A stretch of 64,000 bases of DNA from contig NC_042997.1 of the NCBI RefSeq assembly GCF_006345805.1, forward strand, positions 144,026,001-144,090,000, written 5' to 3'. Below are positions 13,511 through 28,054 of this stretch, piece after piece (position 1 is the stretch's first letter; every line of letters begins with the position of its first letter). Both the position numbers and the translations under genes were made by a program. The notes beneath the pieces were generated by a model that saw nothing but the letters and a program-made list of their open reading frames with translations, was not told the DNA's origin and did not search any database. This DNA is from Octopus sinensis (Eukaryota).

Positions 13511-14312
13511 GACGGTGATATATATATATGTGTGTGTGTGTGTCTACACGTACCGAATTAGATACAGCTATATGATTGCTAAACAGGAAATGAGAAAAAA
13601 GAATGACATAATTGGATTGTGAGATTGCGATTGAGGGAGTGAAGCATAAGCTTGCGACTAGTAATTTCACAGAAAAGTTCTTCATACATGTAATAATCAG
13701 GTTTTATATGTTATACCTGTCACTAATCAGGTGAACAGATTTCGAAGACAGAACAAGATACAATGAAATAAGTTAGATTTTACTTTGAAAATATATCAAT
13801 ATTAACCTACATTATTAAGTAATAATATTCTTTATCAAAACGGGATTCTGTTTTTGTGTATAGATATAAATGTATTTTAAATGATTTTAGTATTTTGTTA
13901 TCGTAGCAATGCATAAAGTTGTTGATATTGATTACGCATGCAATTTTTTTTTACATTTCCCTTCGTCATTTGAATAAAAATGCATAAAGATAATAAATAA
14001 AATATGTATATGGAAAGATACAAACCTGCAGACCAAATAACGAGAATGAAAATATTGATTACTGGAAATCCAATCAACGATGAATCTCAGAAAAATAACA
14101 GATATGACGAGCAATGTAGCAGAAAGTGAACAAACAAATACACACAACACGGACGCGCGCACACACACACACACACAAGCTCAAAGACACGCGTGTGAGT
14201 GTGTGTGTGTATGTGTGTGTGTATATATATGTTAGTGTGTGTATGTGTGTAGTATATGTAAGTATATAGGTGTATATGTGTGTGTATGCATACGTACATA
14301 TATGTGCATGCT

Positions 14313-14379
<67 letters not shown>

Positions 14380-14448
14380 TTCTATACATACACACACACA
14401 CACACACATACACACACACACACACCACACACACACACACACACACAC

Positions 14449-14496
<48 letters not shown>

Positions 14497-16288
14497 ATAT
14501 AAGAAACGAAGGTTTACAGAGAGAGGAAGCAAGGAGGAGGTGAGCGACTGTCTGCATACAATACATTGAAAGATAATGCCTATTAAGCATACTTCGATTA
14601 ACTGTACTCAGGTGTTGCATTGTTGAATGGTGAACGCGTTCACTTTGTAAACATGCACTTCCGGGTTCAAACTCACTGCACGACATATTGGGCAAATGTA
14701 TCGTACCATAGTTTTATAGTGATCAATAGCATGTGTGTAATAAATTGGTTACATGATACTGCTTGAAATCCTATCACGTTGAGGAGTGCTCAACACAGCA
14801 TTCGTTGATAAATATTTTTTTCTATCTGTAGGTTAGCAAAGCTACCAATGGTTTTATGTGAAGTGATCTTCACAATTGTTCAATCGTGCCGCATGGAAAC
14901 GTTAGTATATGTTTCCATTGAAACAATCGTGAAGATATCTTCACATGAAACTATTCATAGGCATGTAAATCCACAAATAAACTACACACACACACACACA
15001 CACCACACACATGTACACATATATTACATCCCTACCTGACCCTTAGATGCCTGCTGTAAAGTTCTCTTCATAGATGTGTACGTGTGTGTGTATTCATTAC
15101 GAAAGAAAATCTTCAACTGAATGGCCGCATGTTCTTGACGAGAAAAGATACCGGGTTGTTACGAAACATCCATAATGTTAAGTAATAGTTATCCGCTGCC
15201 TCGTTGAAACAGCTGTAGTACACGACTATTTCTTTTTATTTGCTGACCAGATGTGTGTGTGTGTATGTATATATGTGGGTATACAGTATACACACATAAA
15301 CACACACACACACATATATGTGTGTGTACTTGTAGAGTGTGTGTTGTAAAATGGAGATGTATTGCTGCTTCCCTTTAAAACAGTAACCTAACTTCCTGAT
15401 TAGTAGAAACCGATAAAATAAATACCTGACAAAACTTCTGGTGCTCAGCCGTTCCACCTCCCTCCTTATATTTCAGACACAGTAACCTTAGAACTACGTA
15501 ATCCAATATCTCTTTCCATTTTCAAGATCTTATTATTTGATTTGAGAGAGATTAAGTTACTTTTTATAATTTGTGAGACCATATAGAATCTTCCTCAAGT
15601 GGCACGCATGCTCTCTGTATTTATTATGAATTACAAACTTTCACATAATTTTGTCCATCTATTTGATGTAATATGATTGATTTATTTATTATGAAAGCTG
15701 TATTTTTAAAACGTCAACAGCTTTTATTGATAGGCAAGCTACACTAAAGAGACGAACAATAGGGAACCTCTTAAACATCGTGTTTATCATATTTGCCTGG
15801 TTGACATCTTTTGAAAGTTGACAAGTCGACAGTTCTATTCTACTTCTTTTTGACTTAAAAAGCTTTCCCCCTCCCTCTCTCCCTATATATATATATAAAG
15901 AAACATATATATATAGGTATGTATGTGTGAAGGCGGGCATATGTGTGTGTGTATTCAAAAATGTGTGAGACATGTTTGCAAACGCATATACATACTTGCA
16001 GGCATACAAACATATATTCATATAGACAACACACACACATACACACATAAATACACACACACATATATGTGCGTGTATACATACACATGTACATCGAAAC
16101 ACAGTTATACACACATATATGTATGTATGCATACACACACACACATCCAGAGTGAGTCAAAAGTTGTTTGCACGTTATTACTGACAGTTTTGTAAGTAAC
16201 TGAACCAGGATCATGTATCATATTGTAAATGCTATTTGATATCCCAAACTTTCGAGGTTTGTAATGTTGTTCGTATATACATACATAT

Positions 16289-16334
<46 letters not shown>

Positions 16335-18165
16335 ACAGTTGTACTGATTTTCGGCTGAGATGATAACAATAAGTGTGAGCGTGATAAAAATGAATCCAGT
16401 GTGAGAGAAATCATTGACAACTCTCCCTTGAATTGAAACATTTATGTTTTAACCTAATTCAAATTAATTGAAACCATGACGGTACAAGGAAGGTGAATAC
16501 GGATAGAAGAAATGTTACGTGAATTCAAGGTCACAGTGTACGCGTGTTGTGTGTTAAAATGTTTCGATAGCATTACGAGCAGAACGTGAATGCTGTGACA
16601 AGGTGCCAAGGTAGATGGCTACCATAGTCACCAATATTTTTGGTGGTTGCTTAGAGTGACTTCTGTTGATGTTTTTTTTTTTAATGTGTTGGGATTGGTG
16701 TCCTGGCCCTCAACCAGAATCGCAGTTGAACGAAGCTAAAATGTTCTCTTTTCACTGAGATGTATAGATCGAAAACTATGACGCGACAGTTAAATGACTT
16801 ACTGTTATTGATCAATATATTTTTAGCTTGTAGAATGAATCATGGCCAGTAGGGTCACCAAGGTCGAGCTGACACTTCTGACTGGTCGAGAGAGAAAGGT
16901 CAGAAGATAGAAGACAAAATCATTTTCATATTTCTATAGTAGGGAGACTATAATGTGACAAAACAAACTGAAGAAAATGCTGAGGTTTACTGCAACTGGT
17001 TGAAAAGCTTATAGATCGAATCTTGGCTAAATTTCCGTTGCACATGGTTCTAATTGCATCAGTGCTACGTATATTGTTGTAACTGTACTCAACAAGAGTA
17101 TGTTTACAATTACGGATATTTTCTCAATGGATAAACACTTCAAGGTTCTCAAAAGGGTAAGGGTAAATATTTATTTTATGAGCAATTAATTTGTGGGCTC
17201 TTACTTACCCAAGGTGCCAGAACCTCGTGGTTAGGAAGCAAGCTCGTGGTTGGGAAGCAATCTTCTTACCACACAACCACACCTGTGCCTATTCATGTTT
17301 TTGCTTGGGAGCCCTAATGGATGGTAAAGTTGGACATTGGGATCCAGGTCTGAGAGGGCTAAGTTATTTCCTAACCATATAACCTTCAATAGGTTAAGTT
17401 ATTGAACTCTCATTATTTTTCTCGTAATCTTTCTAAATGCACACATGTTGTTTCCTCTCGTAGAAACTGATCGGAAATTCGTATTTTTGTTGGATCAATG
17501 TAATTAACAACCATGTTGTCGCATGAAAACTATCGCCTTGAGTAGAAGAGTAAAAATACTTTTGTAATTAATGCAAAACAATAAGATGAGAATATCAGAC
17601 AATTACGGAAAATAGATTTTTTGTTAATTATTTTCTTTTTTTCTTTCTTTCCATTTCTTTTTTAGAAAGTTCAACCTGCGCAAGAGAATATATTTAAAGA
17701 AGCAAGATGTCGGTAAATGAAATAAACAAACAAACACACGAACGCACGCGCGCGCACACACACAGACACACACACAGACACACACACAGACACACATACA
17801 TAAACACACAAACACACACACAGACTCACACAAACACACATACACACTATATAAATATACACACACATATATGTCTCTGTCTGTCTGTCTCTCTCTCTAT
17901 ATATACATGTATATATATAGATAGATATATCGAGAGAGAGAGAGAGAGATGGGCATGAATGAATGTGTGTGTGTGTATTTATACAAATATATGTATGAAT
18001 GCATATCTGCGTGCATGAAGATATATATTAATACATACACACACACACACAAATATATATATATATATATACATAAGTTTGTTTATATATATGTATATAC
18101 ATACATACATATATACATACGTACATCAATACGTACATACATACATTCATACATGCATACATACA

Positions 18166-18199
<34 letters not shown>

Positions 18200-18209
18200 C
18201 ATACATACA

Positions 18210-18240
<31 letters not shown>

Positions 18241-18677
18241 GCGTGTGTGTATGTGTGTGTCTACGTATCAATACACTACATATACATGTTTGGACTAATA
18301 AACTGAAAGCTGGATATAAAACTAGATAGATAGTGGGAGGTTTTCGTTTAGTCAGTGGTATTCGAGACCTTAATGTCAAACTGCTAATTACTTTCCAGAT
18401 AATTCACTGTTTAATTACCAAGCTGTTTCTTTTTCATCATTATATCTTCTAATGAATGAGCTTAAGAGATGAAAAACAAAAATGATGTAATAGGAAATAA
18501 GTCGATCTTCAGGATACGGGCTGAAAATTATTTCCTAGAAAAAATTTAGTCCTTTATCCTGTGTTCATTTATTTGTCGTTATAATTAACACAGTCCGCTC
18601 CCATTATATTTTCTAAGCTGATTCCCGTCGTGAATAAAAGCAGCCGAAATTAGATTCCCCCGAAGGTTTTCTGGAGT

Positions 18678-18908
18678 GGCGAGCTGGTAGAAACGTTAGC
18701 ACGCCGGGCGAAATGCTTAGCGGTATTTCGCCCGTCGCTACGTTCTGAGTTCAAATTCCGCCGAGGTCGACTTTGCCTTTCATCCTTTCGGGGTCGATAA
18801 ATTAAGTACCAGTTACGCACTGGGGTCGATGTAATCGACTTAATACCTATGTCTGTCCTTGTTTGTCCCCTCTGTGTTTAGCCCCTTGTGGGTAATAAAG
18901 AAATAGAT
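18678..18908 (+). mobile_element. S1 SINE, near full length
   Basis: Complete S1 head, body and tail. Confidence 0.9.
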
Positions 18909-18929
18909 ATTACTCGACAGGGGACATAA

Positions 18930-19215
18930 CTCGGTGATCAGTGAGTTTCTCCAGGTAAAACAACTACTTCTTCACATTGGGAGGTCACATCTTCGGCACA
19001 ACGGACATGTGATTAGACTGCTTCAGGAAAGAGACGGATTCAATCAAGCCGATCCAACTGACAGGAGATCTAAGGAGTAGACTAAGAACAAGTTGGTTGG
19101 ATAATACCCTTAGTCTCAGTTGGTAATGCTTGGTAATCCAGATGGAAAATATAATAACGGTTGCTTCTGATTGGACTCTATAGAGAAGGAGCTTGAAGAC
19201 ACCACACTCCCAATA
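18930..19215 (+). mobile_element. RTE-clade LINE C-terminal fragment (degenerate)
   Basis: Translation LLLHIGRSHLRHNGHVIRLLQER...RTSWLDNTL resembles the RTE 'SQLRWFGHV.R...RPRTRW.D' motif. Confidence 0.55.
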
Positions 19216-19567
19216 AAACTCCGAATAAATTTTAGCTCAATACAAGCAAAATTCATTAAAGCAAATGCATTCAAGCTGTAAGTCAGATATAATTAACCGC
19301 AATGGTTTTTCAGAAATATGGAGAGAACCACCAGTCGTAGCTTCACTATTATACTGAATTCCGAACTCCACATAAGGTTGTAAATGTATTCCGTGAAATT
19401 AGATTTCTTCATGGAACGAGTTGCGAGTAGATGTTCAGCGTAGGCAGTAAGTATCACTAAAATAAATTGCTAGCAAAAACCAATATCACGATGAAAAAAT
19501 GTCTAAAACTATTTTGACATGAAAAGAATATTAATTTATACATATACGTAATGCACACCATGCACAC

Positions 19568-19605
<38 letters not shown>

Positions 19606-19843
19606 ATAATAATAAAAAATTTAGACAAATACGTATAATTAGATTAGTGTATTTAAATGTTGAGTAGAGCACCGGCACATATGTTGTACCTAATAAAAGT
19701 CTAACGCGAAATCCATCTCCTACTATTAATATATATATATATATATATTTAATGTAGGATAAATGTTTTTCAAAAAAACATTTTATCAATGGCCAGCATA
19801 TTAAAAAATACCTTTATGGGTTAAATTTATATACAACTTATAA

Positions 19844-20037
19844 ATAAGGGCAAACGAAAAAATTTCTAATGCCAAATATGCCGAAATTAGACACCCTGTC
19901 CATAACCATATAACTTTTCACAATACACACGCTACTTTTTTTTGAGTAGCGTGCGTATTGTGAAAAATTATATGGTTATGGACAGGATTTCTAATTTCGG
20001 CATATTTGGCATTAAAAATTTTTTCGTTTGCCCTTAT
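19844..20037. repeat. Long near-perfect palindrome (foldback/MITE-like)
   Basis: Arms 19844-19936 and 19945-20037, 8-nt loop, few mismatches. Confidence 0.92.
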
Positions 20038-20062
20038 ATATATATATAATATATATATATAT

Positions 20063-20113
<51 letters not shown>

Positions 20114-20443
20114 ATATATATTATATATATATCACATATATGCGCGGGAATCTGTGTATATGTATGTATGTATGTATGTAGTATGTATGTATGTATGTTG
20201 TATGTATGTATGTATGTAGGTATGTATGTATGTATTATGTATGTATGTATGTATGTATGTATGTATGTATGTATGTATGTATGTATGTATGTATGTATGT
20301 ATGTATGTTTGCATCTATGTGTGTGCGTGAATGCGTACATATATACCTATACAAGCACATAAAGATGTACGCACATACATACATTAATTTTTAATATTTT
20401 ATACACCCGCATAAAGTAAAATGTTTTAGAAACTTTGTACATA

Positions 20444-20622
20444 CAGGGTGTCCATAAATTATCTTAACAATTTGAAAAGTTCAAAATGAAATTAATTGGA
20501 AAACATAGGCAAACGAATAAACTTTTATTCGAAGCTCGTCCATGTGAACTCCATTAGATGCACACGACCTAGTGAGCTATCCTGGATTTTTCAAATTCTA
20601 AAGGTTGATTGTGAACACCCTG
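20444..20622. mobile_element. Tc1/mariner-derived MITE
   Basis: TA|CAGGGTGTCCATAA ... TTGTGAACACCCTG imperfect terminal inverted repeats. Confidence 0.65.
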
Positions 20623-20759
20623 TTTAATATGTTATATAATCCCACTCGCTCACATTCACGATTTTGTAATGATATTAAGCGACAACTGACATTGTTCTGC
20701 ATCCATGCTACTCTGTTTAATGCTCTCAATAACTCAGTCTACAGCACATAGATTTAATA

Positions 20760-22470
20760 GGGTTTGCTCGTAGTACATTTATTCTTGTTTCACTGAAAGT
20801 CCAGTACCTGCTTGACTTAGCCCTTTGTTGGCTGTACCACTGCCATTAATAGTAGCACTCTATTCACCACCTCCTCCTTCTACGGGATAAGAACACCTTC
20901 CTTAATCCACCTCTCTACCTCTCCTTCAAACTCACTCCTGACATTTATTCTTTCAATGTATGCTGGTAGTAGTTCAGCCTGTTCTTCCGCATCGAGGACT
21001 CCCCTTTCCAGCACCATTCTATCGTACACCGCTGATTGTCGAACATCGTCCGAAAATCTTTGTCCTCAACGGTGTCGCAGTAAAGTCCCTCGCGAAGCTC
21101 GGCTCCCTCTAACGTTGCAGACTCACGGTGCATGATGTCCCTGCACCACCAGACGAAACCACGTTTCTACCAATACTTACACCTCCAAGGCGGTTAATCA
21201 CATCCATCCCCATCAACATGTCAATTCCGTCTATCACATGGTCAATCATAAACGCCTGCAGCCTCAGTGTTGTGCCCGCACCGCTATCTCCCTGTCGCTG
21301 CTACCCTTACAGCCAATTTCACTGCCGTCGACCGCCCGAACACTAATTGTCCCCTTCCATTTTTTTGCCACCTTCAGGGCCACGAAAGATGTCGTACAGC
21401 CCATATCCACGAGAGCATTGAATGCTTTTCCCCCAGTCAAGACCTCAGCTACGGACACTGACTGCACGAGCGCCTCTATTCGCTCGCAGGTTAAGTTTGA
21501 GAGGTATTAACTTCTCCCGACCTTTTCCCAGCGGCAGTTTCGAGCGATATATTCACTTTTCCTGCACCGGTAGCAGATGGGCCCGGGCTTCGTCTCCGCG
21601 CAGTCCCTTGCCATGTGCAGTCTCTGGCACTTGAAGCACCGGCCCATGAACGGTCGCTGTCGCTCCACGGCAGTTTTCTTCTCATTATTTACCAGTCGCT
21701 GCACTACGTCGCGGGCTTACATAGCTGCCATCACCATTGCCTTCTGTCCGGTGTTTTGTCAACAAGCGGGCTTAAGCAACGAGCTTGCTCATCAACATTT
21801 TCTCATTGCCTGGCAGTTGTTGCAGTCGTAGGGAAAGCCACTTACGAAGGCGAGTCGTGTCGCCTTTTCTAGACCCTCTCCGGTAACATAGCATGACGAG
21901 TCTCCGAACCTCCGCGGCATACTCATCGACCTGTTTCCCTGTCCACCTGACCGTTCCCAGCTTACCAAATGCAGTGTACGTTCCCTTCGTATAGGCTTCT
22001 CTCAAGCGCTGCTCGATCTTCGCCGCGCTCAATTGATCTTCCTCGTCCACCTCGAGGTACAGCGACAACGCGCTTCCCTCCAGATATAGGACCTGCTACA
22101 TCGACGATGCCTTGTAGCCTGTCCACTACCTTGATCTTAAGGATAAAGGTCACAACGTCTTCTTCATAGAAAAGTCTGACGACATCGCTGCCAATCTTTG
22201 TTTTTGCTACCATCTCGTGGAAGGGGGCAATAACAATGGAGAAATATATTTATACACGAGTGGCGGAATAGCTTGTTGTACGAAAAACTGTTATGCGGGG
22301 AAATAAGATATGGTTCACCTATCTTCTCGTTGTCGGCCGTTCAAAAATACGCACCCTACCTGTCGCACATAACATAGCCAAGCCAAAAGAGGACGACCCT
22401 GGTCTTGCTTCCCTCACTTCCTCTCTCTCCCGTCCTATCCCGGTCAGGTCCCTTGACCGTTGACGTTACA
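20760..22470 (-). mobile_element. Ty3/Gypsy-like LTR retrotransposon 5' remnant (putative LTR, gag, protease, RT start)
   Basis: Gag-like ORFs at 21772-22213 and double zinc knuckles CFKCQRLHMARDC/CYRCRKSEYIARNC (21507-21704). Protease ALVDMGCTTSFV (DTG decayed, 21264-21467). RT start EVERWIKEGVLIP...LMAVVQPTKG..VLDF. Putative LTR TGTAAC...TACAACA at 22470-22274. Confidence 0.8.
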
Positions 22471-23047
22471 ACCCTTTCCTTCTGAAGTCATCTCAACATT
22501 TTCTCTATATGTTCTTTTTATTTATCACTGATTCATTTAAACTGTATTTTTAGAAACAAGCACCCGTGATAAACGAGGGTAGATGTATACATATACAAAT
22601 CGAAACTTAATGAAAATTATGCTTATCCCAACATCAAAATATCAACCATTGACTTGACTTATACATTAAATCTATGCATAAATTACAATTTTAATAATGA
22701 GAAATCATAAATTTTGTTTATATTTAATCAATATTATATTTAGTCTAATCTGGCGAACATGTCCATCCAACCGACAGGTCCCTGATTCCTACGTAGATAG
22801 TACTTCGTAATTCACATGTTCATTGGAACTTAAGAATTGTGACTCGAAAAAGAAGAGGCAAAAATTAAAGGTCGGCGTGTATTGTTTCTCGGCCGTGTTT
22901 ATCTATAAATAGATAATGATGTGATGGTGGAAGCTCTTATTTTCCCATATTACTATTGTCCCCTTATGTACAGATAAACAGGATAACTGCAAATGTCAGT
23001 TGTAATTAACTACTACTACTACCACTACCACTACTACTACTACTACT

Positions 23048-23428
23048 CTTTTATTCTTTTATTCTTTTAATTGTTTCAGTCATTTGACTGCGACACCGCT
23101 GGAGAACCGCCTTTAGTCGAGCAAATCTACCCTAGGACTTATTCTTTGTAATCCTTGTACTTATTTTATCGGACCGTTTTGCCGAACCACTAAGTTACGG
23201 GGACGTAAACACACAGACACACACGCGCGCGCACGCACACACACACATATGTATAAATATATATATATGAGACGGGCTTCTTTCAGTTTCTGTCAACCAA
23301 ATCCACTCACAAGGCTTTGGTCGGCCCGAGGTTATAGTAGAAGATACTTGCTCAAGGTACCACGCAGTGGGACTGAACGGAGAACCATGTGGTTGGTAAG
23401 CAAGCTACTTGCAACACAGCCATTCTTG
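23048..23428 (-). mobile_element. S2 SINE
   Basis: Full head, internal AC repeat and tail. Confidence 0.85.
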
Positions 23429-23432
23429 CACC

Positions 23433-23465
<33 letters not shown>

Positions 23466-23493
23466 CAACAACAACAACAACAACAATAGTAAT

Positions 23494-24195
23494 ATTGAGA
23501 GCAGAAAAAAGAGAAAACAAAGGAAGAAATACAAGAGACTACTCAATCAATTCAATGTACATCAGAAGGTGCTGGAGAAAACTGCAATGATAAAAACTGG
23601 TGGGAACACAAACCACCTCCAGTACTTGAAAATGGCCCCATCCCACTCCTCTGGAACTTCACCGTTCAAACTGACAGAAAGGCAGATGCGAATAGGTCAG
23701 ATATTATATTGAAAGACTTCAGACAAAAATCATGCCTCCTGATTGATATGACTGTCCCAATCGACATAAATGTATCTGTCAAGACCTACCAAAAACTGAG
23801 CAAGTATAAAGATCTTGAAATAGAAATTGGCAAAGTGTGGAGCCTCAAGACTAAAGCAGTACCTGTTGTCATAGGTGCCCTGGGAATGATATCAAAAGTG
23901 GCTGATTCCTACGTAGCTCAAATGCCAGGAAACCCCAAAATGGCAGAAATTCAAAAGATAGTGCTCATGGGAACTGCCCATATCTTTTGTAAAATATTGT
24001 CTCTGTAATCTCAAATTTTAAAACAAACTTATAATTTTCTTATGTTTTCTTAAACATTCTCTAGAACAATACTATGTGCAAAACCAAATATATGACACCC
24101 TAGGCCTGACACCAACTTGAACTTCTAACTTGTCTCTTGAGGTCTCTAGGTGAGATTTGGAGTCAACTTGTGCAAATACAAAGCAAAAGTCAAAC

Positions 24196-24198
<3 letters not shown>
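23494..24198 (+). mobile_element. R4/Dong-like RLE 3' fragment, family C
   Basis: WWEHKPPPVLEN...QTDRK..NRSDIILKDFRQKSCLLIDMTVP...KLSKYKDLEIE...LMGTAHIF*, then about 190-bp 3' UTR and an (AAT)n tail. An (AAT)n/(AAC)n array lies upstream. Confidence 0.85.
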
Positions 24199-24284
<86 letters not shown>

Positions 24285-24396
24285 GACGTAGCCGTACTAA
24301 ATAACATGAAAATTGTGAGTAAACAGGTTGAAAAAAATCATCAAGTCTCCGAACTGAAAGTGAAGATGATAAGACTGTTTGGAATGCGGGAGAGTA

Positions 24397-24453
<57 letters not shown>

Positions 24454-24679
24454 TAATATATATATATATATAATATATATATATATACCAGCTGTGATCA
24501 GGGAATTAGAGAAATACCATGCAAGATTGATGTCATACAAAAATCAGCCTTGATAAGTACAGCATACATTTTAAGATAAGTATTATTTGTCTGGGGTGTT
24601 TGATATGGCTTGACAGACGCTTGAACACTTCGGTGTATTTTCCATCTACACTGTGTGACAACGAAGTAATAATAATAAT

Positions 24680-24890
24680 GGTTTCAAATTTTGGCACAAT
24701 ACCAGCAATTCTGGGGTAAGGGTAAATCGATTACATCGACCCTTGTGCTCAACTGGTACTTATTTTATCGAACCCGAAAGGATGAAAGGCAAAGTCGACT
24801 TCGGAGGAATTTGAACTCAGAACATAAAGACGGACGAAATACTGCTAAGTATTTTGTCCGGAGTGCTAACGATTCTGCCACCTCGCCGCT
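24680..24890 (-). mobile_element. S1 SINE
   Basis: Reverse-complement S1 blocks. Confidence 0.8.
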
Positions 24891-25229
24891 TTAGTAGTTG
24901 TAGTAGTAGTAGTAATAGTAATGATAAAAAGTCCCTACATATACTGGCGTAGAGCGACCTATTTAGATAAGAATTTGTTTCATCTCGGATGTATCATTCA
25001 TGATTGACATGTTAGTCTTAAATTAAACTGATCTAAAAATATAAGTATTTGTTCAATGTAAACTGGGTCATCCTCTTCAAAGTTGTGGAATGGCATCAAG
25101 AAGTACAGAGACGAAAACAGCCGAGGAAGTTATACATCCCTATCGCATGTGTGATTTATTCTTGATTTAATATATCCTCGGTATATAACATTCCTCTTAA
25201 GATACATACCTATGATAATAATATAAGCT

Positions 25230-25572
25230 CTAAAAAGGTAAAGACACTCTTTGGTCATGAATTAGCATGGGATTGCTCCTGGAAATTTACCCTCCAAGGC
25301 ACAAGTCTGGGCAAGGCTATTTGTGGAATACCAGCAGTCGCCCATGCATACCAACCTTTCTTCTCCTCACCACCGATGTTATTCAAGGGTAAGTCAAACG
25401 CCGGTACAGCTTGGCATCGGTGACGTCGCAACTCATTTCTGTAGCTGAGTGAAAAGGAGCAAAATGAAATAAAGTGTTTTGCTCAAGAAGTCGACACACA
25501 ACCCGGCCCAGCAGTCGAACTCACTACCTCATGATTGTGTGCCCGACGCTGTAACCACTGAGGCATGCGCCT
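25230..25572 (-). mobile_element. tRNA-derived SINE, third family
   Basis: Minus head GGCGCATGCCTCAGTGGTT...GAGTTCGAC followed by a CTTGAGCAAAACACTTTATTTCA core. A related copy lies at about 36970-37150. Confidence 0.65.
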
Positions 25573-25839
25573 TTACTAATATAAGTTTATATGCTATGTT
25601 TTATGGGTATATTATCAAGAACTAGGATATATTATATCAATATATATATCTATAAGCTATGTTTTAATACATCTTAGTTCTTGATAATATACCCAAGGGA
25701 TACGTCTGTGTGTGAGGGGTATATGTGTGCGGGTAGGTGTACTTGTGTATGTAATTGGACTAAATGCTTAGCAGCAACATTCTGCTTCCGAGTGTCGCTG
25801 AGGTTAGTTTGATCTTTTATCCATTCGATGCCGAAATAA

Positions 25840-25998
25840 TAATAATTCCAAATTTGACACAAGGCCAGAAAATTCGGGGTAGAGTTTGTAGGAATAAGTC
25901 GATCATATCAACCCCAGTACTTGATTGGTACTTATTTTATCGACCCGGAAAGGATAAAGGCAAAGTCGACCACAGCGGAATTTGAACTCAGAACGTAA
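25840..25998 (-). mobile_element. S1 SINE, partial
   Basis: Reverse-complement S1 blocks. Confidence 0.75.
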
Positions 25999-26208
25999 AG
26001 GATATTGTTGTGATCTCAACCACTTCTACGTCGGGATAACCCACCGACATCTAGAGGCTCGGTTTGACAGCGGGCGGGGGAGGGGGACGGTTTCGGTACT
26101 CTTGATTACCCTCGTACGAGGGAGACCTGCGAGATTTGGTTGAGCCGTCACGGACCATATCCTCTGACTTGTGTGGAATATTTTTAACAGCAGTATAGGC
26201 ATATACAT

Positions 26209-26253
<45 letters not shown>

Positions 26254-26310
26254 GTATAGGAAAGAATGGAGCTGAACGAAGATTTAACAAATTCCTTTAT
26301 ATATATATAT

Positions 26311-26539
26311 ATATATTATATTAAATTAGAGATAAAACCACTATTAGGCAAATCAAACAATGAAAAACATAAGCCAATACATAGAATTAATTTAATTTAT
26401 ATTATTTAAAATATATATCAAAATACTTTTGATATATATTTAAAATAATATAAATTAAATTAATTTTATGTATTGGCTTACGTTTTTCATTGTTTGATTT
26501 GCCTAATAGTGGTTTTATCTCTAATTTAATATAATATAA
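26311..26539. repeat. Long AT-rich near-perfect palindrome
   Basis: About 113-bp arms around a 3-nt centre (26424-26426). Confidence 0.92.
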
Positions 26540-26652
26540 TATAATATATTTATACTATAAAATTGGATTTAATCCTAAATCTGATTTTTCCCTGTAAGTT
26601 TGGATTTATTCCCTAATATTTTATTATTATTATTATATATATAATATATATA

Positions 26653-26723
<71 letters not shown>

Positions 26724-27314
26724 TGTGTGTGAGTATGTTTGTATGTATTCTATATATGTATATATATGTACGCACACATTCATGTATGCATTCATCTATA
26801 CATATATATATGTGTGCGGAGAATAGTACATAAATGTGTGTCTCTCTCTCTCTATCTATCTATATCTATATCTATCTATCTATCTATATATATATATTAT
26901 ATATATATACGTGTGCGTGTATGTGCGTGTGTTTGTGTATGTGTTCATGGACATAAGCACGCACACCACCCAGGCAAGTGCAGGTGGTATAACTTGCCTT
27001 AAATTAACTGCTTGGTGGGTTTGGTGAGCTTATTGATAGACAATGTTGTTTAAATTCGTTTTCTGCAAAGCTCATCTGTAAAATTATTTTATCTACAACA
27101 GTAAACTTAACGTAGTAAATGTTGGTATAGTTAAGCGATGAACAGATAAGTATCGTCGAAGATATGTTCCATTAAGTAAACAGTTTAACTGCTGAACCGC
27201 CTAATTGTCGAAAATCAACAAGGCAGAAGCAAAAGCAAATTCTTGGCTTTGAAAATCCGAAGTTTCAAACATGTCAGATACCAGATGTATAAACACATGC
27301 TCTTGATAGTCTTG

Positions 27315-27428
<114 letters not shown>

Positions 27429-27865
27429 ATGTATGTATGTATGTATGTATGTATGCATGTCTGCATACATTAATGTTTGCTTTTATGTTCGGTTATAATA
27501 AAAACGATTTTACATTAATCTGCTGTGTTACTGTATATTTCAGTAGAGTACAAACTTATAATTCTTATACGAAATGTTGTTGATAGTGACTTTGAAGTTC
27601 GGGCCAGTTTTGTTCCCAACTTTGACCTTCCATAAATCCTAAACTTTATTTTGGAATTTATGGGAGCAACTGTATTTGAAGACCCATATTGTCGTTGAAT
27701 GCTCGAAATGAGAAGATAGGCAGCCTACAACTGATGAAGGGTCGTTCTGTGTTTACTTGTCCTGTTTTCCAGTTTTTTCTCCCGTTGTATTGCATATTTA
27801 ACTCATGTGTTTTCGTATTTCATGTTGTTTACACCGTTGTTGAAGTCCAATACCCATGTATGCAT

Positions 27866-27930
<65 letters not shown>

Positions 27931-28054
27931 TATACATATACATACATATACACACATACAGACGCACACACACACACACATATATATATTTATGTATAAA
28001 GAAATAATTAAGATTCAGTTGAATTAGGGTTAGGGTTAGAGTAGCCTATATGCC

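Noticed and set aside
27731-27760. CTGATGAAGGG in the 12630/27600 repeat family
   Set aside because: There is no stem II or GAAA downstream, and permuted folds did not pair.
28024-28041. TTAGGG-TTAGGG-TTAGAG telomere-like repeat
   Set aside because: Only two perfect units, too short to call an interstitial telomere.
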